A DNA stretch of 64,000 nucleotides from contig CAZFPO010000003.1 of the NCBI GenBank assembly GCA_964521105.1, positions 5,012 to 69,011 of the forward strand, given 5' to 3'. The stretch's first letter is position 1, and each line of letters starts with the position of its first letter. The position numbers and the translations under genes were made by a program. Of the stretch, positions 37,635-46,614 are shown one piece after another. Below the pieces are notes generated by a model. That model was not told the origin of the DNA, made no database searches, and was given only the letters and a program-made list of their open reading frames with translations. This stretch comes from an uncultured Lentimicrobiaceae bacterium. GTDB lineage: Bacteria; Bacteroidota; Bacteroidia; Bacteroidales; WCHB1-69.

Positions 37635-38570
37635 TTATGCTAGGGCTGCTGCGAGAGCAATTGAATACAATTTGGTTTTAGCGGTGTCGCCACGTGAAGA
37701 AAGAACACAAGGTACTTTTGCTCCCATAACGTTAGCTGCAATTTCGGAATGGTTAAACTTAGTACATGCTTTGTAAAATACATTTCCGCTTTCAATATTT
37801 GGGAAAAGCAAACAATCGGCATCACCCGCCACAGTTCCTGTAAGTTTTTTAGTTTCGGCACTCTCTTTATCAATAGCAACATCAAGAGCCAAGGGTCCAT
37901 CAACATAAGCTCCTTTAATTTGTCCCCTATCAGCCATTTTTGATAATATTGCCGCATCAATGCATGCTTGCATTCCGGTTGAAACTTGTTCGGTTGCAGC
38001 AATTAAAGCTACTTTTGGTTTTTCAATTCCAATAGCATGGGCTGTTTTAATTAAAAAATTAACAATAATTCCTTTTTGTTTTAAATCGGGGTCGGGAATA
38101 ATTGCACAATCGCTGGCAATCATTAATTTGTGATAGGCTGGATTTTCCACAACGGCTACATGAGTTAATACTGCTTTAGCATCCATTAAACCTTTTTCTT
38201 TGTCTAAAATTGCTCGCATGTATTTATCGGTACTAACTAAGCCCTTCATAAGGATTTCGCCTTCGCCGTCGTTAATTAGTTTAACTGCTAATTTTGTAGC
38301 TTTCATTTCGTCGGCTTCCTGAATAATTTTAAATTTTCCAGCATCAATTTTAAGTTCGGCACAAACTTTTTTAATGGTATCTACATCGCCCGTTAAAATG
38401 GCATCAATTATACCCTTATCTACTGCTTCATTAACGGCTTCTATGGTGTGAGCATCGTTTGCAAAAGCAGCTACTAATCTTTTTTTTCCTTTTGTTTTTA
38501 CTAGTTCAACTAATTGATCAAGTTTTGTTATTCCCATTTTACATTTATTTTGTGTTTGTATATCCCACAA
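37635..38570 (-). CDS. ptb: phosphate butyryltransferase (phosphate acyltransferase family)
   Basis: PTA_PTB family pattern (RLVAAFANDAHTIEAV..., ...CVLSSRGDTAKTK). The track start is a non-ATG codon. The internal ATG (MGITKL...) about 33 nt downstream is a likelier start. Confidence 0.8.
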   Translation of the reverse strand: MWDIQTQNKCKMGITKLDQLVELVKTKGKKRLVAAFANDAHTIEAVNEAVDKGIIDAILTGDVDTIKKVCAELKIDAGKFKIIQEADEMKATKLAVKLINDGEGEILMKGLVSTDKYMRAILDKEKGLMDAKAVLTHVAVVENPAYHKLMIASDCAIIPDPDLKQKGIIVNFLIKTAHAIGIEKPKVALIAATEQVSTGMQACIDAAILSKMADRGQIKGAYVDGPLALDVAIDKESAETKKLTGTVAGDADCLLFPNIESGNVFYKACTKFNHSEIAANVMGAKVPCVLSSRGDTAKTKLYSIALAAALA

Positions 38571-38609
38571 AAATAAAAAAAAATTAACACGAATAAAAAT
38601 TCACAAGGG

Positions 38610-39878
38610 TTATTTGCAATAAAATTCAATCATTGCCTTAATCGACCTTTGACAAACCGGGCAAAACTTATTATAATCAATATCTTTCATCGAGCAACTA
38701 TTAACAGGGCGAAAAACCCCTTTTGCTTGATATCCGCCACCTTCAAAAACACCTACCTCGTTCCGAAATTTGTCAACTGGTGTTGGAATAGGAATACCTT
38801 TCTTAATTAAATCTTTCCATTTTTTTTCAAAATTAACTAAGGTTGTAATATTTGGCTCCCATGGTTCAATGTTTAAAGGATAGTAATCTTCAACCGAAAC
38901 TTCAGACGTATAATATTCATCTGCTAGACCCGAAATGGAGTGTCCAAGTTCGTGAGTCATTACAAAAGCAACATCTTCACAATCGATACAAGTAGTGGCA
39001 TAGAGATTATAAATACCACCGCCGCCATATTTTGATGTGTTGCACATTACTAATATCGCATCAAAAGGAGAATTTTGTGCAATATCGTTTAGTTTCCAAA
39101 CCTCTTTTATCATTAAATACCTATCCGATTCAAGTGCATTAAAACTCGAATTTACTGCCGTTTTAACCTTAATATTTGATGATGGGTCATTAATTCCCGA
39201 CTCATCTGAAAAAACTAAAATACCAGTTATATTTATTTTGTTTTTTAACAAAGAATATGGTTCACAATTTATAAGATATGATGCTAATTTTTTAAAATCA
39301 TTTCGCATTTTTTGTTCCTCTTGCTTAGAATATCCGTCGGGTACAATAACTAAATCGAAAGACTTTTCTGAATTTCCAGATGATAGAATAGGAATTGATG
39401 AAAATTTAGGAGTTTGTTTTTGATTTAATATTTTATTTGAAAAATAGGATTGATGTTTTACTACAAATGAACCATTTTTTTTGCGATTTGAAATAATGAT
39501 TTTAGCACTATTTTTTGGCATTGGAACATACAGGCTCATTTCGAACGTTTCGGTTTTAATTTTACTTTGAGGCGTATTTATCCATTCTTCAAATAAGCTA
39601 CAAAAGCCTTTCGAAAAAATTAATTTATTAGTAGTTGAATCATAAACTTCAATTTTATGACTTCCGTATTCAAACAAGTCAATACTTGAATTTATATTTT
39701 GGCTCATTTGAGGACAATTCCAGTAAGTTACTTTAACAATAGTATCGTTTAAGAAATTACCACTAAATAAAAAGTCTACTCTGAGGCTTTTATCTTTTAT
39801 AAAAACCGATTCGTTTTGTCCGTACATTTTAATAAACATAAGACAAATAAGGAAAAACAACAATTTACCTTGTTTCAT
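38610..39878 (-). CDS. peptidase M64 (IgA peptidase-like) family zinc metalloprotease
   Basis: HELGHSISGLADEY zinc motif. I chose the start at 39878 (MKQGKLLFF... signal peptide) because the upstream extension to 39911 runs through the skp terminator. Confidence 0.8.
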   Translation of the reverse strand: MKQGKLLFFLICLMFIKMYGQNESVFIKDKSLRVDFLFSGNFLNDTIVKVTYWNCPQMSQNINSSIDLFEYGSHKIEVYDSTTNKLIFSKGFCSLFEEWINTPQSKIKTETFEMSLYVPMPKNSAKIIISNRKKNGSFVVKHQSYFSNKILNQKQTPKFSSIPILSSGNSEKSFDLVIVPDGYSKQEEQKMRNDFKKLASYLINCEPYSLLKNKINITGILVFSDESGINDPSSNIKVKTAVNSSFNALESDRYLMIKEVWKLNDIAQNSPFDAILVMCNTSKYGGGGIYNLYATTCIDCEDVAFVMTHELGHSISGLADEYYTSEVSVEDYYPLNIEPWEPNITTLVNFEKKWKDLIKKGIPIPTPVDKFRNEVGVFEGGGYQAKGVFRPVNSCSMKDIDYNKFCPVCQRSIKAMIEFYCK

Positions 39879-39882
39879 ACTT

Positions 39883-39908
39883 AAAAAAAAGGTGAGCCTA
39901 AACTCACC
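39883..39908 (-). terminator. rho-independent terminator after the skp genes
   Basis: ggtgag-cctaaa-ctcacc hairpin followed by T8 on the minus strand. Confidence 0.6.
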
Positions 39909-39915
39909 CATTAAA

Positions 39916-40428
39916 TTATTTTATACCTAATTTTTTCTTTACGAGAGCCATGATGTCATCGCTGTTTTCATAATAAAGCAAAACCCCAACCGAAGAATCG
40001 AAAACATAGGTGTAGCCATTTTCTTTTGCTGTTTCTTCAATTGCTTTTTTAGCTTTATCAATGATAGGTTGAATAAGTTCTTTTTCTTTTTCTTGCAAAT
40101 CCTTTTGAGCCGATGTTTGGAAAGCTTCAATACGGGCTTGTAAATCTTGAAGTTCTTTCATTTTGGTTTGTTGGATTAACTGCGACATAGTAGCTTGATT
40201 GGAAACATAGTCATTATATTTGTTTTCAAGTTCGGTTTGCATGGCAGTAATTTGTTTTTCGAGAGTTTTTGAGTAGTTTTCAAGAATTTTTTGAGCAGAA
40301 TCTCTTCCGGGCATTTGTTTTAACAACTCCATTGAGTCGATATGGCCTAGTTTTATTTTGGTTTGAGCAAAGGTGTTAACTCCTACAAATAATGCGAGAA
40401 GTGCAAGGATAATAATTCGTTTTTTCAT
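39916..40428 (-). CDS. OmpH/Skp family periplasmic chaperone
   Basis: Signal peptide, coiled-coil-rich 170-aa protein, position downstream of bamA. Confidence 0.8.
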   Translation of the reverse strand: MKKRIIILALLALFVGVNTFAQTKIKLGHIDSMELLKQMPGRDSAQKILENYSKTLEKQITAMQTELENKYNDYVSNQATMSQLIQQTKMKELQDLQARIEAFQTSAQKDLQEKEKELIQPIIDKAKKAIEETAKENGYTYVFDSSVGVLLYYENSDDIMALVKKKLGIK

Positions 40429-40480
40429 TCTAATAATGTTAGGTTTTAAAGTGCAAATATAATATAATATTAATGTATAA

Positions 40481-40520
40481 AAAAAAACAAGGTTTTAAAA
40501 AAGTTTAAAACCTTGTTTTT
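40481..40520 (-). terminator. hairpin/terminator between the two skp paralogues
   Basis: 15-bp stem, aaacaaggttttaaa (40485..40499) with tttaaaaccttgttt (40504..40518), with a T-run on the minus strand. Confidence 0.5.
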
Positions 40521-40527
40521 GATTTAA

Positions 40528-41115
40528 TTATTTTGATTTAGGTGTTGTTGTTTTAGGTTGAGTTGTATTTGTATTATTTTGGTTGTTTGTTTTATTATCT
40601 TGAGGTGAAATTCCTAGTTTTTCTAAAATTTCATCGCTAATATCAAGTTTTGAATCGGCATAGATAATTGTTAAAGCACCTGCTTTGTCGAAAATGAATG
40701 AATAGTTTTTTCCTCGTGCAAATTCTTCAATGGCATTAAAAACTTTATCTTGGATAGGTTTAATTAATTCCTGACGTTTTTTAAATAAATCGCCGTTATT
40801 TCCAAAACGTTTTTTTTGGAGTTCTTTAGCATCTTTTTCGGCGTTAATAATTTCCTCTTCTCTTTTTTTCTTCATATCTTCGGGAAGAAGTACCGCATCG
40901 GCTTGAAATTTTTTATACATTTGGTCGATTTCGGTAAATTTTTTCTCAATTTCCTTTTGCCAATCGATCGCCAGTTTATCTAATTCGGCTTGAGCACCTT
41001 TGTACTCGGGCATATTGTCGAGAATATATTGAGTATCAACGTAGGCATATTTTTGTGCATTTGCCTGAAATGAAACCAAAAATGCAATAATACTAGTTAA
41101 AATTAATTTCTTCAT
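40528..41115 (-). CDS. OmpH/Skp family periplasmic chaperone
   Basis: Signal peptide, YAYVDTQYILDNMPEYK start of the OmpH domain, coiled coil, low-complexity N/T-rich tail. Confidence 0.8.
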   Translation of the reverse strand: MKKLILTSIIAFLVSFQANAQKYAYVDTQYILDNMPEYKGAQAELDKLAIDWQKEIEKKFTEIDQMYKKFQADAVLLPEDMKKKREEEIINAEKDAKELQKKRFGNNGDLFKKRQELIKPIQDKVFNAIEEFARGKNYSFIFDKAGALTIIYADSKLDISDEILEKLGISPQDNKTNNQNNTNTTQPKTTTPKSK

Positions 41116-41189
41116 AAGAACCTCCGTTATTTTGTTAATTGATTTATTTTTTAAATGAACGCTCTAACCGTGCAAAAAACATACCACGA

Positions 41190-43820
41190 CTAATCGATTG
41201 ATTGATTAATTGAAAAATGGAATTGACCTTTGTTAGCACCCGGTATACCTGGAACCGCATCAAAACCGTATCCCCAGTCGAGACCTAAGACTCCAAACAT
41301 TGGCAAAAACACTCTTACCCCAAAGCCAGCCGATTTATACATTTTAAATGGACTAAACTGATTAAACGACGACCAAGTGTTTCCCGATTCAACAAAACTT
41401 AATAGATAAATGGTTGCCGATGGATTTAACGAAACTGGATAGCGAATTTCGGCGGTATATTTTGTAAACATTGAAGCGCCAATATATCCACTTGACCCAG
41501 TTGGAGTTAATGTATTATTTCCGTATCCACGCATACCAATTAATTCGCGACCATCTAGTGCAAAACCCGACAAACCATCGCCACCTAAATAAAAACGCTC
41601 GAAAGGCGAAACTCCAATATTTGTATTATAAGTTCCTAAATAACCAAACCGAAAACGCAAACTTGCCACAAAATTATCAACGATGTTTGTATACCATGAA
41701 GCATTAAATTTCCATTTGTGATATTCTAACCAGCGATATTTATCTTGGTCGGTAAGGGTTGAATAATCGTCAATATTTTTTAATAACGAATAGGGTGGTG
41801 TAAGCTGCAACGACAATCCAATTTCCGATCCTTTTCGAGGAAAAATTGGAGCGTCAATAGAGTTTCTGCTGAGGGAAACAGTATAACTTACATTGTTTGA
41901 ATAGCCATTACTGAAACTAAATATTGACGTGTAATTATTTAACACATAGTTTTGAAAACTTACACCTTGACTTAAAATAAAAAAATCATCGGGCCATTTT
42001 AAACGTTGAGCAAGGCTAACCGAAACACCATTTATATCAATAGATTGTCGTTTTGCATCGGTACGTTTTAAACCATTACTTTGAACTGAGTGATACGCTG
42101 AAACACTAAACGCATTCGGTTTTTTTCCACCAAGCCAAGGTTCGGTAAAAGAAGCACTATACGATTGATACCAAGTACCATTTGATTGAGCACGAATGCT
42201 TATTTTTTGACCATCACCGGTAGGAATTGGACGCCATGCACCTTTTTTAAATAATTTTTTGCTCGAAAAATTATTAAACGAAACACCAATTGTTCCAACA
42301 ACCATACCTGCACCCCAACCTCCAGAAAGCTCTAATTGGTCGGAAGAAGTTTCTTCAACCGTATATTCAATATCTACAGTGCCGTCAACTGGATTTGGTT
42401 TAGGGTTAATTCCAATTGTTTCCTGATTAAAATATCTAAGTTGAGCCATTTCGCGTTGTGAACGAATAATATCAGCACGACTAAACAACTCGCCAGGGAT
42501 TGTTCTTAATTCGCGAATAATGACATGGTCATTTGTTCGAGTATTTCCAACAATGGTTATTTTATTTATTCGAGCTTGTTTTCCTTCGTTAATTCTAATA
42601 TCAATATCAATAGAATCATTTTCGACATTAACCTCAACAGGATTTGCAGAGAAAAACAAATATCCATCGTCTAAATAAAGCGAATAAACGTCTGACCCAT
42701 TTGGATTATACATTAAATTCGACTCCATTGTTTTATGGTCGTAAACATCACCTTTTTTTATTCCTAAAATTTGGGTTAAATAGGCGTCGGTATATTTTGT
42801 ATTGCCCACCCAATTAATATTTCGAAAATAAAATTTATTTCCCTCTTCTACTTTAATTCCAATATTCATCGACCGATTTGAAACCTTATAAAATGTGTCG
42901 GAAACAATGCGAGCATCGCGATATCCTTTTGAATTGTAGTAAGTTAAAAGAGCTCGTTTATCGGTTTCGTAATCTTCCATAATAAATTTTGAAGATTTGA
43001 AAATTCTAAGTTTAACTCGTTCTGAAAAATAGTCGACGAAAATATCGGGCAATTCCTGTTTTCGATATTCGCTAAAATTTTTCACCACGTGAACCAAAAA
43101 TGTATCAATTTTTTCGAGTGGATAAAATCGCAATTGCTCCTTAGTTTCTTTAAATGAACTTATTAGTTTTGATTTTTGGATTCCATTATTGCCCTCGAAA
43201 TAAATTTCGTTAATTTTTATTTTTTTATTTTTTGTAATATCAATAAATAAAGCCAGGCTATTAGCCAGAGTTGTGTCAATTTCCTGACGAATGTTTACTT
43301 CTACGTTAAAAAAACCTTTATTTTTGAATCGCTTTAAAATTAGGTTTTTAGTATTAACTATTAAATGTTCGGTAACTACATCGCCTCTGTTTAATTTAAT
43401 ATCTTCTCTAATTTCATCGGCTTCAACTTTACGAACACCCACAATAGAGAAGCGAGATAATCGAGGTCGTTCAACCAAGTAAAAATTAATAAAAATTAAG
43501 TTTCCTTCAATTTTTGAAACAGAAACGCTAACGTCATCAAACAGGTCCTGACTCCAAAGTTTTTGAATGGCATCGGAAATTTTTTCTCCTGGAACACGAA
43601 TTTTATCACCTACCGAAATTCCAGTGAGAGCAATAATTGAATTATGATCATAGTATTTTACGCCGCTTACCGTAATTCCGCCCACTTCGTACTCTTTTGG
43701 GTTAGAGTAATCGATATTAATTTCGTCGGAAGCACCAATTTGTATTTGAGTAAACGCAAGTTGAGGAATAAAAAAAACAAGAGCAAAAAAGGAAATAGTT
43801 AGTAATAATTTGATTTTCAT
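41190..43820 (-). CDS. bamA: outer membrane protein assembly factor BamA
   Basis: 876 aa, POTRA repeats followed by an Omp85 barrel (…RGY…, terminal …FHFSINQSID region). Conserved uppS-bamA-skp synteny. Confidence 0.9.
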   Translation of the reverse strand: MKIKLLLTISFFALVFFIPQLAFTQIQIGASDEINIDYSNPKEYEVGGITVSGVKYYDHNSIIALTGISVGDKIRVPGEKISDAIQKLWSQDLFDDVSVSVSKIEGNLIFINFYLVERPRLSRFSIVGVRKVEADEIREDIKLNRGDVVTEHLIVNTKNLILKRFKNKGFFNVEVNIRQEIDTTLANSLALFIDITKNKKIKINEIYFEGNNGIQKSKLISSFKETKEQLRFYPLEKIDTFLVHVVKNFSEYRKQELPDIFVDYFSERVKLRIFKSSKFIMEDYETDKRALLTYYNSKGYRDARIVSDTFYKVSNRSMNIGIKVEEGNKFYFRNINWVGNTKYTDAYLTQILGIKKGDVYDHKTMESNLMYNPNGSDVYSLYLDDGYLFFSANPVEVNVENDSIDIDIRINEGKQARINKITIVGNTRTNDHVIIRELRTIPGELFSRADIIRSQREMAQLRYFNQETIGINPKPNPVDGTVDIEYTVEETSSDQLELSGGWGAGMVVGTIGVSFNNFSSKKLFKKGAWRPIPTGDGQKISIRAQSNGTWYQSYSASFTEPWLGGKKPNAFSVSAYHSVQSNGLKRTDAKRQSIDINGVSVSLAQRLKWPDDFFILSQGVSFQNYVLNNYTSIFSFSNGYSNNVSYTVSLSRNSIDAPIFPRKGSEIGLSLQLTPPYSLLKNIDDYSTLTDQDKYRWLEYHKWKFNASWYTNIVDNFVASLRFRFGYLGTYNTNIGVSPFERFYLGGDGLSGFALDGRELIGMRGYGNNTLTPTGSSGYIGASMFTKYTAEIRYPVSLNPSATIYLLSFVESGNTWSSFNQFSPFKMYKSAGFGVRVFLPMFGVLGLDWGYGFDAVPGIPGANKGQFHFSINQSID

Positions 43821-43860
43821 AGTTAACGGTTTTCAAATATCAATTGGCAAATGTATTAAA

Positions 43861-44610
43861 TTATTGTTCATCATGAATTTGTTTGCCAGTTTTTCCAAAT
43901 CGGCGTTCACGATGTTGAAAATCAAAAATTGTTTCAAAAAAAGACTCTTTATTAAAGTCGGGCCAAAGGGTTGAAACAAAAGCAAACTCGCTATAAGAAG
44001 CCTGCCACATTAAAAAATTACTAAGACGTTTTTCGCCACTAGTTCTAATTATTAACTCTGGGTCGGGCATAAATGAGGTAGAAAGATTCTCGGAAATGGT
44101 TTTTTCGGAAATATTTTCAATTAGTATTTCACTATTTTTAACTTTTTCAGCAATGGTTTTCATTGCTTCGGTTATTTCCCATCTAGAGCTGTAGCTTAAT
44201 GCAATTACCACGGATAAACCGGTACAATTTTTCGACCTATCAACAATATTATTTAATTGAAGCAGTGTGTTTTTATGTAAACGATTAATATCCCCAATAG
44301 TCATTATACGGATATTATTTTTAATGAGTTCTTCGGATTCTTTTTCGATAGAATGAACCATTAGTTCCATCAGCATATCTACCTCTTCTTTGGGGCGATT
44401 CCAATTTTCGGTTGAAAAAGCATACAATGTTAAGTATTTAACTCCAATTTCAGCCGCCGCTTCAATAACTTGTCGAACGGATTCAACTCCTTGTTGATGA
44501 CCAAACGTACGATGTTTTCCTTGTTGTTCTGCCCACCTGCCATTACCGTCCATAATAATAGCAATGTGCTGTGGTATTTTTTTTATATTGATTTTTTCTT
44601 TAAAACTCAT
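43861..44610 (-). CDS. uppS: isoprenyl transferase (undecaprenyl diphosphate synthase)
   Basis: HIAIIMDGNGRWA and ...RTSGEKRLSNFLMWQ motifs. Confidence 0.9.
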   Translation of the reverse strand: MSFKEKINIKKIPQHIAIIMDGNGRWAEQQGKHRTFGHQQGVESVRQVIEAAAEIGVKYLTLYAFSTENWNRPKEEVDMLMELMVHSIEKESEELIKNNIRIMTIGDINRLHKNTLLQLNNIVDRSKNCTGLSVVIALSYSSRWEITEAMKTIAEKVKNSEILIENISEKTISENLSTSFMPDPELIIRTSGEKRLSNFLMWQASYSEFAFVSTLWPDFNKESFFETIFDFQHRERRFGKTGKQIHDEQ

Positions 44611-44644
44611 ACCTCAGAAACGTAATAAGAATAAGATTATTATT

Positions 44645-45493
44645 TTATCTTTTTTTACCAATCCTTTTAGATTTGTAAGTAGATTTTTGATAGGCACCAC
44701 AACTTTGAGCCCCTTCAAAAATTTTAAAAGTAAGCCACAAACCGGTGTAATTATACCAGTCTTTAGTTTTAGAATTTCCGCGAGCACTACCCTCGACATG
44801 CTTAACAACGCTTCTGTCGGCTATTTCGGCAACTTTGGGTGAACGCTTTATAAACAACAAATCATTATCTGCATAAGTGCCACCAATATCATCGATATAA
44901 TCGGTCCATGTTTTACGCATTCCCCATTCTAAACCAACCGAAAAGTTTTTCAAAAAATTAACTTTAAGACCTAACCCAAACGGCATACTTACACTAGTTA
45001 AAGAATAGTAATCCTTGGTTGGATATTTTGCCAAACCTTGTCCTTCGGTACCTAAAGGTTGCAAGTCGTACCAATGATTATCGAGTTGTGCTTGAGGATT
45101 AAATGAAAAAGCAGAAACACCAACAAACATATAAGGTGAAAAGAAATTCTTTCCTTTTTGTGTGTATAGATTGAAAAAGTTAAATTCTGCTTGAGCAGAA
45201 ATTTCGGAAATTGGTGATCTAAAACTCAAATTTCGGACATTATTATAATTTGTTGCTTTATCACTGGCTTCTAACTGTCCGAATAAAGCACTTACTTTTA
45301 GAGCCCAGCGGGGATTAAAATTATAGCGATACACTATTCCACCAGCGGAATTTGTATTGGTAAAGTGTTTTGCGGGATTTAAATCGCCTATATAATAGGC
45401 TGTTCCAACAAAAATGCCCAACTCCGAACGCTGAGCAAAAGCAGAAATGCTTGTAAGAAATACTATTACAAGAATACTTATAATCTTTTTCAT
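44645..45493 (-). CDS. DUF6089-like outer-membrane beta-barrel protein (paralogue 1)
   Basis: I chose the start at 45493 (MKKIISILVIVFLTSISAFAQ signal peptide). It shares LQPLGTEGQGL and WTDYIDD-like motifs with the neighbouring gene. Confidence 0.7.
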   Translation of the reverse strand: MKKIISILVIVFLTSISAFAQRSELGIFVGTAYYIGDLNPAKHFTNTNSAGGIVYRYNFNPRWALKVSALFGQLEASDKATNYNNVRNLSFRSPISEISAQAEFNFFNLYTQKGKNFFSPYMFVGVSAFSFNPQAQLDNHWYDLQPLGTEGQGLAKYPTKDYYSLTSVSMPFGLGLKVNFLKNFSVGLEWGMRKTWTDYIDDIGGTYADNDLLFIKRSPKVAEIADRSVVKHVEGSARGNSKTKDWYNYTGLWLTFKIFEGAQSCGAYQKSTYKSKRIGKKR

Positions 45494-45515
45494 TGTAATT
45501 GAGTTTTGTCGTTTT

Positions 45516-46427
45516 CTAATATTGGAACGAACAAATATTGGCAGTTGTTTTAAAAAGATTGATATAAAGTGTAAATTGAGCAAACATGTATGAGTCTTTG
45601 TTTGATGGATTACCTCTTTGTTCACCTGGGCGAGTAGAATAAACAGCAATAGGGTCGGTTAAATCGGCAGGATTTGAAAAATATGCAGCCACATCGCCTT
45701 TAACACTACGTATTTTGTTCACGTCAAAATAAGTTGTACTAACATCATCCATATAATCCGATGAAGTCCATCGCATTCCGTATTCAAAACCTAAACTATA
45801 TCTTCTGTTAAGGTCGTATTTTACACCAACACCATAGGGAAAAGTAAAGGCAATTTTTGAATATGGTTTACGGGTATCAACTAAACCTTGTCCTTCGGTA
45901 CCAAGAGGTTGTAATTCAACCCAAGAACCATCGGTATATTTTCCTTTCGGATTTGTATAAGCACCGCCAATTCCCATAAAAACATAACTGGTAATGGGCA
46001 CGCGATTGGTTTTTCTACGACCCCATTGTTTACCAACGTTTTGCATAGTTAAATAAAACTCCGCTTGTCCTGATACTTCAACTAATATTGAACGAAAATG
46101 TAAATTACGAACATTTCTATTAACTTGAGCTGTCCAAACATCGTCTCCACCTATCCATCCAAAATAGCCATTTGCTTTTAAGTTTAATCGTTCTAAAAGG
46201 CGATAGCTGAAACCTGCACCCATTATAGCACGGGTAGATTGAAGGTCAAAATCTTTTAATCCAAATGAGCCAATATCTTTAGATCCACCTAAATCACCTA
46301 AAAAATTTGAACCTCCTAAATGTACTGTTATAAATGAACGATTTTTCTTCCATCTTTGTGCATTTGCCTGATTATATAATCCAAGCACAAAAACAATTAG
46401 AACCGTGATTTTAAGCCAATTTTTCAT
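45516..46427 (-). CDS. DUF6089-like outer-membrane beta-barrel protein (paralogue 2)
   Basis: Signal peptide. It shares the LQPLGTEGQGL and ...SSDYMDD... motifs with paralogue 1. Confidence 0.7.
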   Translation of the reverse strand: MKNWLKITVLIVFVLGLYNQANAQRWKKNRSFITVHLGGSNFLGDLGGSKDIGSFGLKDFDLQSTRAIMGAGFSYRLLERLNLKANGYFGWIGGDDVWTAQVNRNVRNLHFRSILVEVSGQAEFYLTMQNVGKQWGRRKTNRVPITSYVFMGIGGAYTNPKGKYTDGSWVELQPLGTEGQGLVDTRKPYSKIAFTFPYGVGVKYDLNRRYSLGFEYGMRWTSSDYMDDVSTTYFDVNKIRSVKGDVAAYFSNPADLTDPIAVYSTRPGEQRGNPSNKDSYMFAQFTLYINLFKTTANICSFQY

Positions 46428-46480
46428 ATTAATATCTTAATTATCAAGTAAAAACTCTCTGTAAAAACGTACAAAATAAG

Positions 46481-46488
46481 CAAATATA
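46481..46488 (-). promoter_or_regulatory. -7 box TATATTTG (DUF6089-uppS-bamA string)
   Basis: TAnnTTTG match 54 nt upstream of the ATG at 46427. Confidence 0.35.
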
Positions 46489-46582
46489 ATCCAATAATCC
46501 AAGTTTTTATATAAAATATTTGTGTTAATTCCTCAAAATAGCATATAAAATTGAAAAAAAATGGTCGTATTTAATTAATTTA

Positions 46583-46590
46583 TACTTTTG
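46583..46590 (+). promoter_or_regulatory. -7 box TACTTTTG (ygiQ)
   Basis: TAnnTTTG match that overlaps the TTG used as start by the ORF track and lies 25 nt upstream of the ATG at 46615. Confidence 0.5.
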
Positions 46591-46614
46591 CAAACTTCAC
46601 AATTATACGCTAAT

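Noticed and set aside
38515-38535. Apparent single-base frame discrepancy near 38520 in ptb when I translated the printed sequence by hand (gatcaaag read where the track protein KLDQL implies gatcaag)
   Set aside because: The supplied ORF track gives an uninterrupted 311-aa ORF over 37635..38570, and flanking coordinates check out. My base-by-base reading of a homopolymer across a line break is the likelier error, so no frameshift or pseudogene is claimed. Re-translating 38500..38571 computationally would settle it.
36527-38570. buk-ptb pair as evidence of a butyrate fermentation island
   Set aside because: The pair is common in Bacteroidota, where it is usually linked to branched-chain acyl-CoA and fatty-acid metabolism. 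Nothing in the context suggests horizontal acquisition or a novel pathway.
45494-45649. N-terminal extension of track ORF 44645..45649 (52 extra residues overlapping the upstream paralogue by 134 nt)
   Set aside because: The extension has no signal peptide and overlaps the preceding gene. The internal ATG at 45493 starts a textbook signal peptide (MKKIISILVIVFLTSISAFAQ), so the shorter model was used.
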